A DNA stretch of 64,000 nucleotides from Formivibrio sp. Lineage in GTDB: Bacteria > Pseudomonadota > Gammaproteobacteria > Burkholderiales > Chitinibacteraceae. The stretch lies in assembly GCA_031291275.1 (NCBI GenBank), contig JARLJJ010000423.1, forward strand, positions 10,108 through 74,107, read 5' to 3'. Positions 43,009 through 53,588 of the stretch are shown in pieces; position 1 is the first letter of the stretch, and the number at the start of each line of letters is the position of its first letter. Position numbers and translations under genes: made by a program. The notes below the pieces were generated by a model, which was not told the origin of the DNA, searched no databases, and saw only the letters and a program-made list of their open reading frames with translations.

Positions 43009-44862
43009 TCACATCGTGGCAATACGACAATCAACACTTAAATCCAGATAATCCATGCTCAAACGTTGAAGTTTGACCGTGGAACCGCCAGGTAATTCCG
43101 GCAGACCACCCACACGCAGTACAAGCGGCATACCGTCGATACGTACCAGATTTTCCTTGAGCACCGTCGCACTGAGTTCACGGATATCTTCTTGTTCAAG
43201 ATATCGCAAACACCAGTAGCGCTCCATCTTTTCCTGAAAATCAGCATAGGCCGCATAAGCAGTGTCAAACGAGCCAATAATCGAAAATAATTCGGCATCA
43301 TTGCGCTGGAAGCGCGGCTTCTGGCCCGCAATCAGCGCCAGCAACTGCTGCTGATTGATAAAATCCACCGCCCGGCGCAGTGGAGAAGACGTCCACGCAT
43401 AACACTCTACGCCCAAGCCCATGTGCGGACTCGGTTGCGTGGTCATGCGCACTCGACCACCACCCTGCGCCCGGTAGATACAAGCCACATTGCCATCAGC
43501 CAGATCCTTACCCCACTGACTGTTGACCAAAATCATCAACTCGGCGACCAGCTTATCCATGGGCGAACCACGCTTGCGGGTGAAAATATCCACCCGCTCT
43601 TCCCCGGCCTCGTTGCAATGGATGCGAAATCCGTAATCCACCCGGTTATTACCGTTAGCTTCAGCCTTACCGCGCCGCGCTTCAAGCGCCCCAGCCAGAT
43701 GCCAAAGAAAAGTCAGTTCGTTCTTCCACGGATAATCCGGCGTATCTGCCTTGCCAACCGTATCCTCATTGAACACGGGCTCAATTTCATCATGGCGCAA
43801 ATTGGCAGCAAGGCAAACACGCTCGACTTTGGATTCGCGCGAAAGGATATCGAAGCCTTGCGAGACTTCCAGATACATCGAAACTGCCGGCTGCGCTTCA
43901 CCCGCTTTTAGCGTAAAAGTTTCAACGACTTCATCTGGCAACATGGTGATCTTGTCGCCAGGCATGTAGACGGTAGACAGCCGTTCGAGAATAACCTTAT
44001 CAATATCGCTGCCAGGCGCGATGCCCAGGGTGGGTGCTGCAATATGGATTCCCACACGCCAGTTACCGTTGGTCAGACGAACCAGGCTAAAGGCATCGTC
44101 AATTTCAGTCGTGGTTGCATCGTCAATACTGAATGCCCGCACATCGGCAAGCGGCAGGGAATCAGGCGCAGGTGCCGCAGCCAAGGGAGAAAATCCACGA
44201 CCTTTCGGGAAATATTCAACCAGAAAGCCCTGCATAAAATAATCCGCCACATCGGGAATCGCACCCGCTCGCGCCAAAAGACGCAGAGGCGACATTTGAA
44301 CGGAATCAGCCGCAGCCGCCAAGGCCTTCCATTCGACACTGTTCTTGTCCGGACGATGCAGCAACATCTGCAATTTGGCCGAAAACGCGGCGGGCAGCTT
44401 GTCTTCAAGCAACTCCGCCTGCCAAGCGGCCATTTGCTCGGCCTCAACGCGCTTGCGTTCCTGCCCAGCCAGCGCCGCCTTCAGATTTTCTTCCGGCGCT
44501 GCCTTGTAGTGGCCACGGCCTTTGCGATAGAAATACATCGGCGCGGCATGCAGGCGCAGCGCCACTGCGGCCTGTTGCGGCAACGTGGCCTTGGCACCGA
44601 AATATTCCGCAGCGATATCCTGAAAAGAAAACTCTTCGGCACCGCAGCACTCCCACAGGAAATCGATATCGATCTCGACGGCGGCAGCTTCTGCAATTGC
44701 CAAAAATTCGTCCAACCCGGTTCGTTCGAAGCGCAGTAATACATTGGCAGACTTGATCTTTGCACGCTTGCCGCGCACATCCTCGACCATCAGGCTCGCC
44801 GGCTGTTCTTCGCGTACCTCGGCAACCTTGAAACTGCCGTCTTCCTCGTAAAAAACATTCAT
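43009..44862 (-). CDS. RNase II (RNB domain) family exoribonuclease
   Basis: AFSIDDATTTEIDDAFS, STVYMPG, VAELMI, WTSSPLRR. Confidence 0.92.
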   Translation of the reverse strand: MNVFYEEDGSFKVAEVREEQPASLMVEDVRGKRAKIKSANVLLRFERTGLDEFLAIAEAAAVEIDIDFLWECCGAEEFSFQDIAAEYFGAKATLPQQAAVALRLHAAPMYFYRKGRGHYKAAPEENLKAALAGQERKRVEAEQMAAWQAELLEDKLPAAFSAKLQMLLHRPDKNSVEWKALAAAADSVQMSPLRLLARAGAIPDVADYFMQGFLVEYFPKGRGFSPLAAAPAPDSLPLADVRAFSIDDATTTEIDDAFSLVRLTNGNWRVGIHIAAPTLGIAPGSDIDKVILERLSTVYMPGDKITMLPDEVVETFTLKAGEAQPAVSMYLEVSQGFDILSRESKVERVCLAANLRHDEIEPVFNEDTVGKADTPDYPWKNELTFLWHLAGALEARRGKAEANGNNRVDYGFRIHCNEAGEERVDIFTRKRGSPMDKLVAELMILVNSQWGKDLADGNVACIYRAQGGGRVRMTTQPSPHMGLGVECYAWTSSPLRRAVDFINQQQLLALIAGQKPRFQRNDAELFSIIGSFDTAYAAYADFQEKMERYWCLRYLEQEDIRELSATVLKENLVRIDGMPLVLRVGGLPELPGGSTVKLQRLSMDYLDLSVDCRIATM

Positions 44863-45048
44863 TGTTCGTCTATCGATGCAAAAGGGGATGAATTATAACC
44901 AAAGCCGGGCACTCACCCGGGAATTCTTTGTCAATCAAGAAGCTACCTTACCACCAATCCATGTTGCAATGCCGCAACAACACTGGCCGGGGATAAGGTT
45001 ACTCTCTTAGAATACCTATTCGGATCAACCTTGGCGTACCGCTTTATC

Positions 45049-45663
45049 ATGAAACTGCTTACCTCGCTCACCAGTCCATACGGCCGAAAAATTCGCGTCG
45101 TCCTGGCGGAAAAGCACATTGATTGCGATTTGGTCATCGTCCAAACCGGCGATCCGGATTGCGATCTTTCCCGCTTCAATCCACTCAGCAAGGTTCCTGT
45201 CCTGATCCTTGATGACGGCCAGACCCTCTATGAGTCCCGCGTCATCGCCGAGCATCTTGATGAGGTTTCCCCAGTCGGGCGCTTGATTCCACAGGATCAC
45301 CGCCAAGCAATCCGCGTCAAATTGAAAGAAGCACTGGCGGATGGCATTACCGATGCCGCCGTATTGGTGCTCCTTGAACGGCGACGCCCACAACAACAGC
45401 AATCGCCGGAGTGGATCACCCGCCAGATGAAGAAGATCGAACAAGGCTTGTCTGCTTTGTCTGCTGAACTGGGTGATCAAAAGTGGCTTTTGGCCAACCG
45501 TTACAGCCTTGCCGATATTGCCACGGGATGCATGTTGGGCTTTCTCGACTTTCGACTACCGGATATCGAGTGGCGCACAGCCCACCCGAACCTGGCAGAT
45601 TTCCTGCTCCGGCTCATGGCGGAAAAACCTGCCTTCAGCGATACGGCTCCTCCAGCACCATGA
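45049..45663 (+). CDS. Glutathione S-transferase family protein
   Basis: [36 protein letters not shown]. Confidence 0.9.
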   Translation: MKLLTSLTSPYGRKIRVVLAEKHIDCDLVIVQTGDPDCDLSRFNPLSKVPVLILDDGQTLYESRVIAEHLDEVSPVGRLIPQDHRQAIRVKLKEALADGITDAAVLVLLERRRPQQQQSPEWITRQMKKIEQGLSALSAELGDQKWLLANRYSLADIATGCMLGFLDFRLPDIEWRTAHPNLADFLLRLMAEKPAFSDTAPPAP

Positions 45664-46061
45664 GCGAAAAAATCCACAAAACCCCGGAGGAATGGCGCAG
45701 CCAGCTGACGCCAGAACAATTTCACGTAACCCGGGAAGCCGGTACCGAGCGACCATTTTCTGGCAGCTATTATCAACTGGATGCGGATGGACATTACCAC
45801 TGTGTTTGCTGCGGCGCACTATTGTTCCGCTCCGGGACCAAGTTTGATGCGGGCTGCGGTTGGCCCAGCTTCTGGGAAGAAGCCGTGCCTGGCGCAATCC
45901 GGCGCATCACCGATAGCAGCCATGGCATGATCCGCACCGAGGTGCGCTGCGCAGCTTGCGACGCCCACCTGGGTCACGTTTTCCCGGATGGCCCGGAACC
46001 TACGGGCGAACGTTTCTGCATCAACTCCGTCGCACTGGACTTCAAAAAGAAAACGCCGTAA
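45660..46061 (+). CDS. msrB: Peptide-methionine (R)-S-oxide reductase
   Basis: [46 protein letters not shown]. Confidence 0.96.
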   Translation: MSEKIHKTPEEWRSQLTPEQFHVTREAGTERPFSGSYYQLDADGHYHCVCCGALLFRSGTKFDAGCGWPSFWEEAVPGAIRRITDSSHGMIRTEVRCAACDAHLGHVFPDGPEPTGERFCINSVALDFKKKTP

Positions 46062-46100
46062 CAATCAGTTCCGCCGCAAGTCACATCCATCCTGAGCACA

Positions 46101-48257
46101 TCAGGACGGCCCGAGCTGAGCCGCCTGTTTCTTCATCCCTGCCTTGGCTTCATACATGCGATAGTCAGCACATCGAATGCATTCATCCAACAAATCCGCC
46201 TCGCTGTTCCGGATGCAATAGCCCACGGCCGCACTTGGATGAATGTCATGGTCGCCCACTCGATACGGGGTTTCCAGACACCGAGATTTCATGGCCTCAA
46301 CACTTTGAGCGATCTGATCGGTTTGTGTGCTATTCAGAACCACGAGAAATTCGTCGCCACCGGTTCTGAATATTTCCCCGTCGGGAAATGCATCCCGCAA
46401 AAGCGTGGCAAACAGAACCAACAGAGCATCTCCCGTGGCATGGCCATGCGTGTCATTAACGGGTTTGAGATTATTGAGATCTGCCACCAGAACCGTCTGA
46501 GGGAAAGGTCCCCGAATCAACGTCTGCGTAATGTGGGCCAGATAATTCCGGTTGTGAAATCCGGTCAAGGGATCCGTATACAACAGGTGTTCCCGCTCTT
46601 TCAATATCTGGGTTTGCGCTTTTTGATTTGCCAAGGAACGGACAATTTTGATGGTGATGATCAAAATCGCCATCAAGGCAACGAGCAAGCCAGCCACCAC
46701 CATGGCAAGTTGCCGGCTTTGCTCATTGCGCAATGTGGGTACGCTCTGGATACCGGCATATTTCATATCCTCAAAATTGATCAAGGTCAGCGCCTTGTCC
46801 ATGATCGATGCCAGTTCAGGCTTGCTGCGATTCACGCCAAAATAGACAAAGGAATCCTTGGAAGTATTTCCGCGCTTGACCAGATCGGAATAGCCCAATC
46901 CATGGATGTAAAACTCGACGACCGTAGGGTTTTCGATCAGGTAATCGACATCCCCGCTACGCAATAGACGCAACGATTCCATGATGTCTGCCGTTTTGAT
47001 AATGCGGGGATCTTTCAGGTTTTTCCGCAGATATTCCTCGTGCCAAAAACCATCGATCACCGCAACACGTTTTTTTTCCAACCCGTACACATCGTGAACC
47101 GGTGGACTGGTTTTGAGTCCGACAATAATGTCCCGCTCGGTACTGATCGGCCGGGGATAGAGAAAGTAACGCTGCCGATCTTCGGTTTTGGCGATGTTCA
47201 GGACATCAATCGAACCTGTACGCGCTTTTTCATAAACGTCGGCAAACGGCCCGTGGACCACGTTGAAATGAATTCCGGTGATATCGGCAATGCTTTTTAG
47301 CGTTTCTCCGGCAATCCCCTTGTATTGACCATCCTGATAGAAATCAAAGGGCAGATAGTCGTCGGCAACGCCCACAACTGCTTCGCCTTTTTTCTCCAGC
47401 CAGTTCAGTTCTGCATCCGTGAGGCGCAGGATTTTTCGGTTGTATATCCGCGCGGCATCACGCGCGATAATCTGAATTGAGTCTTTTCGTTGCTGCAGGT
47501 ACGCATTGAGGATGCCGGCCAACACTGCGTTATCCTTGCGAACTGCAAAAGTCATGTCCGAAGTAATGGTAGGCAGTTCTGCGATCATGGACAGACTGGG
47601 ATAGTTGAACAAAAATTCATGTTCAACGCCGCCGCCCGACGTGATAAACCCATCTATTTTCCCTGAGAGCAATGCGCTCAGGCCTTGCTTCTGATTGATA
47701 AACTCAAGTGGCTGGAAATGGATGTTGGGATATTCTTGCGGAATACGCTGGCTGACAAAATCATTGCGAATAAAACCAACCCGCTTGCCATCCAAGTCGC
47801 CCAAAGTCTGAATGGCGGAATCCTTGCGGGCAAAGGTGGCATAGGGATATCGCAGGGCAGGACCGGTAAAGAGCATGATCCGCTCGCGCTCAGGCGTGGG
47901 ATTGGCTCCATACAGAATATCGACGGTTCCTCGCAGGAAGTGACTATAGGCATCATCCCAACTGGAAACACGGGCCAACGCTAGCCGCAAGCCCAATTGT
48001 TTTTGCATATCCGCGAGCAACGCAGGCAGAAAACCGACCCTGGCGCCGCGAAAATCGAAGCAATCCATGCCGGCGTAGGGATCAAAGCCTACGGAAAATA
48101 TCTGTTCCCGATGGCCGGCGACCCACACCTGTTCTTCGACACTCAGATTAACCAGGGGCGCCTGGGCACACACTGCATTTGTTGCCATGACCAAGCCCAG
48201 CGCGGCTGCAAGCAGCCATCGTTTCAGTGTTGGTATCACGGCGAACACAGTGATCAC
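46101..48257 (-). CDS. Diguanylate cyclase with two periplasmic solute-binding (Venus flytrap) domains
   Basis: N-terminal signal/TM, two SBP-type repeats, TM, DPLTGFHNR, DLNNLKPVNDTHGH, RTGGDEF. Confidence 0.88.
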   Translation of the reverse strand: MITVFAVIPTLKRWLLAAALGLVMATNAVCAQAPLVNLSVEEQVWVAGHREQIFSVGFDPYAGMDCFDFRGARVGFLPALLADMQKQLGLRLALARVSSWDDAYSHFLRGTVDILYGANPTPERERIMLFTGPALRYPYATFARKDSAIQTLGDLDGKRVGFIRNDFVSQRIPQEYPNIHFQPLEFINQKQGLSALLSGKIDGFITSGGGVEHEFLFNYPSLSMIAELPTITSDMTFAVRKDNAVLAGILNAYLQQRKDSIQIIARDAARIYNRKILRLTDAELNWLEKKGEAVVGVADDYLPFDFYQDGQYKGIAGETLKSIADITGIHFNVVHGPFADVYEKARTGSIDVLNIAKTEDRQRYFLYPRPISTERDIIVGLKTSPPVHDVYGLEKKRVAVIDGFWHEEYLRKNLKDPRIIKTADIMESLRLLRSGDVDYLIENPTVVEFYIHGLGYSDLVKRGNTSKDSFVYFGVNRSKPELASIMDKALTLINFEDMKYAGIQSVPTLRNEQSRQLAMVVAGLLVALMAILIITIKIVRSLANQKAQTQILKEREHLLYTDPLTGFHNRNYLAHITQTLIRGPFPQTVLVADLNNLKPVNDTHGHATGDALLVLFATLLRDAFPDGEIFRTGGDEFLVVLNSTQTDQIAQSVEAMKSRCLETPYRVGDHDIHPSAAVGYCIRNSEADLLDECIRCADYRMYEAKAGMKKQAAQLGPS

Positions 48258-48420
48258 AGGAAACCTTTTAGCCTTGGCAAAGGTTATCGTTGGGTACTTA
48301 CTGCCGCAAACAAATCTGTATCAACATCCGTATTCATGCGATGCATGAATACCTTGAATTTTAAATCAAATGTCCGTGGTTGGCAGGCCGCTCTTGCCAA
48401 CAAAATGGGCGCATCAGCGC

Positions 48421-49380
48421 CTATACCACCTTCGAATCGCCAGATCCCTGCGTCACCTGCACGTGATCGCCATCCGGGAACCCCCCGGCCGGGTCAACGT
48501 GCACCATCACGTTAAGCACCTTGTGCTGCAACAGCACACGCCGTCGGGCATCCACGCCGATATCGTGCCCGGTTACCACATTGATCAATGGGTCGACCTC
48601 GATATGCACATCGACCACGGCGAAATCGCCCATCTTGCGCGTGCATACTTCATGCACGCCTTCCACGCCCGGAGTCGCCAACACGGTGGCACGAATTTTC
48701 TCTACTTCATCACCGGGCAAAGAGCGGTCCGTCAGGTCGTGAAAAGCCGATTTGGAAAATTCCCACCCCATTTTGCCGACCATCAAACCCACCAGCAAAC
48801 CGGCCACCGGATCAAGCAAGGGATAACCCAGCAAATTTCCGCAAATGCCGGCAGCGACCACCAAGGAAGACAGGGCATCCGAACGCGCATGCCAGGCATT
48901 GGCAATCAGCATGCTGGAGCCGATCCTGCTGGCCACGGCAAGCATGTAGCGAAACAGTCCTTCCTTGGCCAACAGTGACGCCAGGGCAACCCATAGCGCC
49001 AATACCCCGACCCGGCTTACACCGATTGGGGTATGAAATTTTTGCACCGCCGACCAAGCCATGAAGACCCCCACGACCAGCAACAAAACGCCCAAGACCA
49101 ACGAGGCGGCGTTTTCGTAGCGGGCATGCCCGTAATGATGGTCCTCGTCCGCACCTTGGCGGCTGTGCTGGGCAGCGAACAACACTACAAAATCCGCCAC
49201 CAGATCAGATAGCGTATGAATTGCATCCGCAACCAATCCGAAAGAGCCACTCAACAGTCCGGCGGTTAACTGCCCGGCTGACAAGATCACATTCACCGCC
49301 ACACTGACCCAGGTACTTTTTATCGCCGCAGAATGGCGATCACTGTAATCTGGCAATGGGGGGATGGAAAATTCCGACAT
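48421..49380 (-). CDS. Cation diffusion facilitator (CDF) transporter
   Basis: LVADAIHTLSD, HHYGHARYE, ANAWHARSD, TRKMG..VDVHIEV, VMVHVDP. Confidence 0.92.
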   Translation of the reverse strand: MSEFSIPPLPDYSDRHSAAIKSTWVSVAVNVILSAGQLTAGLLSGSFGLVADAIHTLSDLVADFVVLFAAQHSRQGADEDHHYGHARYENAASLVLGVLLLVVGVFMAWSAVQKFHTPIGVSRVGVLALWVALASLLAKEGLFRYMLAVASRIGSSMLIANAWHARSDALSSLVVAAGICGNLLGYPLLDPVAGLLVGLMVGKMGWEFSKSAFHDLTDRSLPGDEVEKIRATVLATPGVEGVHEVCTRKMGDFAVVDVHIEVDPLINVVTGHDIGVDARRRVLLQHKVLNVMVHVDPAGGFPDGDHVQVTQGSGDSKVV

Positions 49381-49482
49381 CGAGGACTCCAAGACTGCAG
49401 GGTTATTGAAACGGTACGGTATGATGCCGTATAAGCCAGTGCACCGTAATTGACACAAAGCACACACTGAACGGAAACAGCC

Positions 49483-49920
49483 ATGCTTTTTACTCCCAGT
49501 CGCGATGAAGCGCGGCGTTTTTTTATCGCCGTCTGGCAAAAACATTCCTCAGGCCAGCCTTTAGCCGACATCGAACGCATCACCCTCGCTGTTTTGCTCG
49601 ACCACCCCGAATATCAGCGTTATCTCAACGAATCGCAATTGGACCATGACTGGCGCCCGGAACAGGGAGAAACCAACCCCTTTCTGCACATTGGCATGCA
49701 TCTGGCCATTGAAGAACAGCTCTCCATTGATCAGCCAGCGGGCATACGTGCCTTGTATCAACTGTTATGCCAAAAGCTGGGAAGCGAGCATGCCGCAAAG
49801 CACGAAATGCTGGATGGGCTGGCGGAGATGATCTGGCAGGCGCAACGACAAAACACCGCACCAGACCCACAGATTTACCTGGATATTTTGAAGAGAAAAA
49901 CAGGAAACCCCGGCAACTGA
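49483..49920 (+). CDS. DUF1841 family protein
   Basis: PSRDEARRFF..W.K, HPEY, GETNPFLHIGMHLAIEEQLSIDQP. Confidence 0.9.
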   Translation: MLFTPSRDEARRFFIAVWQKHSSGQPLADIERITLAVLLDHPEYQRYLNESQLDHDWRPEQGETNPFLHIGMHLAIEEQLSIDQPAGIRALYQLLCQKLGSEHAAKHEMLDGLAEMIWQAQRQNTAPDPQIYLDILKRKTGNPGN

Positions 49921-49934
49921 TCAACCGGTCGGAT

Positions 49935-50210
49935 TCAGTGCGGTTGCTTTGAAAAAACCAGTGCGACTTTGCCTATTGCCAGCCCCAAAGCCAATAATTT
50001 ACGCCAGCGCTTGGGAAGCAATACTGCAGCCAACAAGGGGATTCTGTTCAACCAGACCGAGCTCCCATGCTCGCCTTCCGTGGCAGGCTTGGGGCCTTGC
50101 CACAACGGGGCAAACAAGCGTAAATCCTGCGCCAGTCCGCGACGATATTGCTCTGATTGCAGCAGAAGCAGCTCTTTGCGCAAATCGCGTTTCAGTTTTC
50201 GCCGGATCAT
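49935..50210 (-). CDS. YqjK-like small protein
   Basis: RKELLLLQSEQYRRGLA and hydrophobic C-terminus; last gene of a DUF883-YqjE operon (4-nt overlap). Confidence 0.65.
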   Translation of the reverse strand: MIRRKLKRDLRKELLLLQSEQYRRGLAQDLRLFAPLWQGPKPATEGEHGSSVWLNRIPLLAAVLLPKRWRKLLALGLAIGKVALVFSKQPH

Positions 50211-50593
50211 GGAGTCTCTCCGGCACGCCCCTGCAATGCAGCACGGTCACGTTTGAACTCTTCGGCCGTCAGGGCAAAGGGGGTCGGCGCATCGCGCATG
50301 CGTCGCCGCAGAACTTGCACGCAAACAAACGAGAGAACGCTGTACAGCAACGCCAAGCCAACAGCCACGGCTACCCGTTGCGTATCCCACAGCACAATCA
50401 ACAATAAAATCGACACCAGCAGCAAAGCCAGACCGCCGAGTACGAACGCCGCCAACAGCCAGACCAGATTTCCGGTCTGGCGTTCCAGCTCTTCCTGCAT
50501 CTCGATGCCCAGCAACTCCAGACGATTGCTACCCAGCCCGGCTGTCGTGATGGCAACGCGACGCATCCCATCAAAAATTGCGCTCAAGCTCAT
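50207..50593 (-). CDS. YqjE-like membrane protein (holin superfamily III-like)
   Basis: NRLELLGIEMQEE, two TM helices, PFALTAEEFKRDRAAL. Confidence 0.85.
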   Translation of the reverse strand: MSLSAIFDGMRRVAITTAGLGSNRLELLGIEMQEELERQTGNLVWLLAAFVLGGLALLLVSILLLIVLWDTQRVAVAVGLALLYSVLSFVCVQVLRRRMRDAPTPFALTAEEFKRDRAALQGRAGETP

Positions 50594-50594
50594 T

Positions 50595-50891
50595 TCAGCG
50601 TCGCGAAATCAACATGCCGATCAGCACGCCAACTGCGGCTGCCACACCGACCGCTTGCCACGGGTGTTCATGCACATAACCATCCGTCGCCTCGGCAGCC
50701 AACTTGGCCTTTTCCACCGCAGTACGTTCGGCCGACATCAGTTTTTCCTTGGCGTCACGCAAACCTGCGGCGACGCGGGCATATAAGGCATCGGCCTCTT
50801 TGCCAACCGCCAAATTGGCTTCACTCAGCAATTTGTCAGTTTCTTGAAGAATGGCTTGGGATTGGTCCAGTAAATTTGAAGCGTCTGACAT
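50595..50891 (-). CDS. DUF883 / YqjD-ElaB family membrane-anchored ribosome-binding protein
   Basis: TDGYVHEHPWQAVGVAAAVGVLIGMLISRR. Confidence 0.92.
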   Translation of the reverse strand: MSDASNLLDQSQAILQETDKLLSEANLAVGKEADALYARVAAGLRDAKEKLMSAERTAVEKAKLAAEATDGYVHEHPWQAVGVAAAVGVLIGMLISRR

Positions 50892-51074
50892 GGCAATATC
50901 TCCTATTTCAAAATAACAATGCATTGAACTGTCTTTATAGCCTGTGAAAGCACCGTGTGCTGGTATCAACCGAAAAACAAACACTTTGGGAAAGGCACTC
51001 ACTCATTCAGAGCACATGCAAAATTCACCTGCTGAAGTTCAATCAGAAAGTCTTCGCATCCCTTGCTGTTCAGC

Positions 51075-52526
51075 TCATGGCATCTCTTTAGCTTTACCTT
51101 CCTTGCCATATTGCCCCTCAATCTCACGCAGCCGGGCTTCAATCGATGACAACAAGTAGAAATCCCCACCGGGCTGATTAAGCGCAAGTTTGAATTGCTC
51201 TATTGCCGGCCCATATTCCTGCAGACGGACATAGTATTCCCCCTGCGCCTTGTGCCCTTGCATGGGCAAGCCTTGCTTCGTGTATATCCGCGCAGCCCGT
51301 TGATAGAAATTGGCATCGCCTGGATACAGCGAAAGACTATCCGTAATTACAGCCAAGGCCTTGTCATATTGAGCCGCTGCGGTCTGCGCATCAATCAGTC
51401 CATAAACCAGCGCTCGGCTCGCGGGGAAACGCCCCATTGCTTGCTGGAAAATTGCCACAGCCTCGGCGCTTCGCCCTTGTGCCAGCCGGATACTGCCAGC
51501 CAAAAATTCCAGTGCCGGGTGTCCCGCCGTGCCTAACGCGGACTTCGCTTGTTGCAACGCTTGCCATGCACTGTCATAGTCACCCGCCAGATACAAGGCA
51601 TGCGCCAGACCATAACGATGTGCAGCCTCATTTGAGTAACGTTTTTCTGCCAATGTCTTCCGGTAGAAATCAACTGCGTCAGCCGGCTTCATCTGCAGGC
51701 CGCGGGCTTTTTCCCGCACAAACAGAAAATCTGTCGAATCCGGTGTCTGACGGTAGGGCACCCCCTTCAACCTAGCCTGTGCGTCAGCAATCCGCTTGAA
51801 AGTCACCGGGTGGGTACGCAAAAATTCCGGGGCATTGGATTCCTCCAGCCGGTTAACCTTCTGCAAGCGCTCAAAGAACGTCGGCATGGCCGCCGGATCG
51901 AACCCGGCGCGCGTCAAGGTCTGCATGCCGATGCGGTCGGCTTCCTGTTCGAAGGCGTAGGTAAAATCGAGCTGTTTCTGGATGTTGTATCCCATACCCG
52001 CGGTCATGGCAGCTGCAGCTGCATCGCCACTGCCGGCATGGGCAGCCAGGATAGCCACGCCCAAGGAAGCCAGAGAGATCAAGGGATTGAGGCGCGTTCC
52101 ATCGATCATTCGCGCCAGATGATGCTGCGACACGTGGGCAATTTCGTGCGCCATGACACTGGCCAGCTCCGATTCATGCTGGGCCATCACGATCACTCCG
52201 GTATGCACGCCCACAAAACCGCCCGGTATGGCAAAGGCATTGATCGTACTATCGAGAACAGGGAAGAAAGTAAAATGGCTATCGCTCACCCCAGCCGCTT
52301 CAACCAGCCGCGTGCCTAGACGATTGAGATAAGCTACAACCTCGGGGTCTTCGGCGAGTTCACCGCTCCGGCGAATTTCGCGCATGGCGCCCTCGCCGAT
52401 CTCGCGCTCCTGCGCGGGAGTCAATATCTGCTGCGCAGTGTCACCGCCCAGATTGGGCAGATTGTCGGCCCAACTGGTCTGCATGCAAAAAAAGAAGACC
52501 AACAAGACAGAGAAAACTTTACGCAT
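51075..52526 (-). CDS. bepA: M48 metalloprotease with TPR repeats (BepA/YfgC)
   Basis: INAFAIPGG, ESELASVMAHEIAHVSQHH, EQEADRIG, FLRTHP; TPR-like C-terminus. Confidence 0.88.
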   Translation of the reverse strand: MRKVFSVLLVFFFCMQTSWADNLPNLGGDTAQQILTPAQEREIGEGAMREIRRSGELAEDPEVVAYLNRLGTRLVEAAGVSDSHFTFFPVLDSTINAFAIPGGFVGVHTGVIVMAQHESELASVMAHEIAHVSQHHLARMIDGTRLNPLISLASLGVAILAAHAGSGDAAAAAMTAGMGYNIQKQLDFTYAFEQEADRIGMQTLTRAGFDPAAMPTFFERLQKVNRLEESNAPEFLRTHPVTFKRIADAQARLKGVPYRQTPDSTDFLFVREKARGLQMKPADAVDFYRKTLAEKRYSNEAAHRYGLAHALYLAGDYDSAWQALQQAKSALGTAGHPALEFLAGSIRLAQGRSAEAVAIFQQAMGRFPASRALVYGLIDAQTAAAQYDKALAVITDSLSLYPGDANFYQRAARIYTKQGLPMQGHKAQGEYYVRLQEYGPAIEQFKLALNQPGGDFYLLSSIEARLREIEGQYGKEGKAKEMP

Positions 52527-52539
52527 GTGTTCTCCGGAT

Positions 52540-52950
52540 TTAAAAATAGTGAAGTGAAAGCGCAGCCAGCAAAGCATAACGCAGCGCCTTGCCTAGCGTG
52601 ATCCACAGGACAACTGGAGATAAAGGCCAGCGCAGCCAACCGGCGACACCACACAAAGCATCGCCCACCAGCGGCAGCCAGCTCAGCAACAGGCTCACCG
52701 GCCCGAAGCGCCGAGCCAGATTCACCGCCCTGCCCTCCGGGGCCACCGGCAAGCGCCGCCCCATCCAAACCGTGGTCAATCCCCCAAGCACATTTCCCAG
52801 CGTCGCCACGAGCACTGCGACGACAGCCGATTGAGGCTGAAAATGCAACAGCGCCAGTAGTGCGGCTTCTGAATTGCCAGGCAAGATCGTGGCCGACACA
52901 AAAGCCGAACCAAACAGACCAGCCAGCCAGCCCAACCCATGAAATTCCAT
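52540..52950 (-). CDS. YqaA (DedA/VTT) family membrane protein
   Basis: SAFVSATILPGNSE, ATLGNVLGG, SWLPLVGDALC..AGW, GKALRY. Confidence 0.9.
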   Translation of the reverse strand: MEFHGLGWLAGLFGSAFVSATILPGNSEAALLALLHFQPQSAVVAVLVATLGNVLGGLTTVWMGRRLPVAPEGRAVNLARRFGPVSLLLSWLPLVGDALCGVAGWLRWPLSPVVLWITLGKALRYALLAALSLHYF

Positions 52951-52958
52951 CGGATCAC

Positions 52959-53270
52959 TCAGAATGCAAAAGGTTCGCCCGACTGGGCAGTCAGTGCCGA
53001 AGCCAGATCGGCAAAAAACTCGCCTTTATCGCGGGTATTGCACCAGATACCCTCTTGCAAGCGGTAATGGAACCCCCCGCTTTTCGCTGCAATCCACAAC
53101 TCCTGATTGAAGGTGTGGCGATTGACAATCACCTTGCTGCCATCGGCCAGTTCGATCTCCAACACATTGCCAGAACGCATTGGCTCGGCATCCAGTCCGC
53201 TTTCATCCAAAGTGTTTTCGATGCGGGAAAATACGGCATCGGTCAATTCAAGGAATTCGGATTCGGTCAT
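52959..53270 (-). CDS. cyaY: Iron donor protein CyaY (frataxin)
   Basis: MTESEF, GNVLEIE, IVNRH..QELWIAAKSGGFHY. Confidence 0.95.
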   Translation of the reverse strand: MTESEFLELTDAVFSRIENTLDESGLDAEPMRSGNVLEIELADGSKVIVNRHTFNQELWIAAKSGGFHYRLQEGIWCNTRDKGEFFADLASALTAQSGEPFAF

Positions 53271-53324
53271 GAGGCTCTGATCCTGTGTAAAATAAGCAAT
53301 CATTTTGCCACCGAACTCATCCCA

Positions 53325-53444
53325 ATGCGCTCACTGCTTGTTATTCCCCTTCTGGCTGGTCTTCTGCTTGGCGCTTGCGGTTACAAGGGCCCGCTTTACC
53401 TACCCACTGCCTCAGCTCCCGCGACGGCCTCAGCACCCAGGTAA
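53325..53444 (+). CDS. lptM: Small lipoprotein LptM/LppL (YifL)
   Basis: LLGACGYKGPLYLP signature; divergent from cyaY, the usual arrangement. Confidence 0.88.
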   Translation: MRSLLVIPLLAGLLLGACGYKGPLYLPTASAPATASAPR

Positions 53445-53588
53445 GTTCATTCTGCGCGAACAGACTGTCGCAAAGAAGGTATTCCATTCCAACAATTCAC
53501 ACATAAGATTAGGGAATCGGCTCCACCTTCACAAAACAGCAACATGTCTGCCGTAAGCTCGGCTCCGTTCCCGAAAACTGAGTGCAGC

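Noticed and set aside
50207-50593. Holin-like gene as evidence of a prophage
   Set aside because: It belongs to the chromosomal DUF883-YqjE-YqjK operon; no phage genes are nearby.
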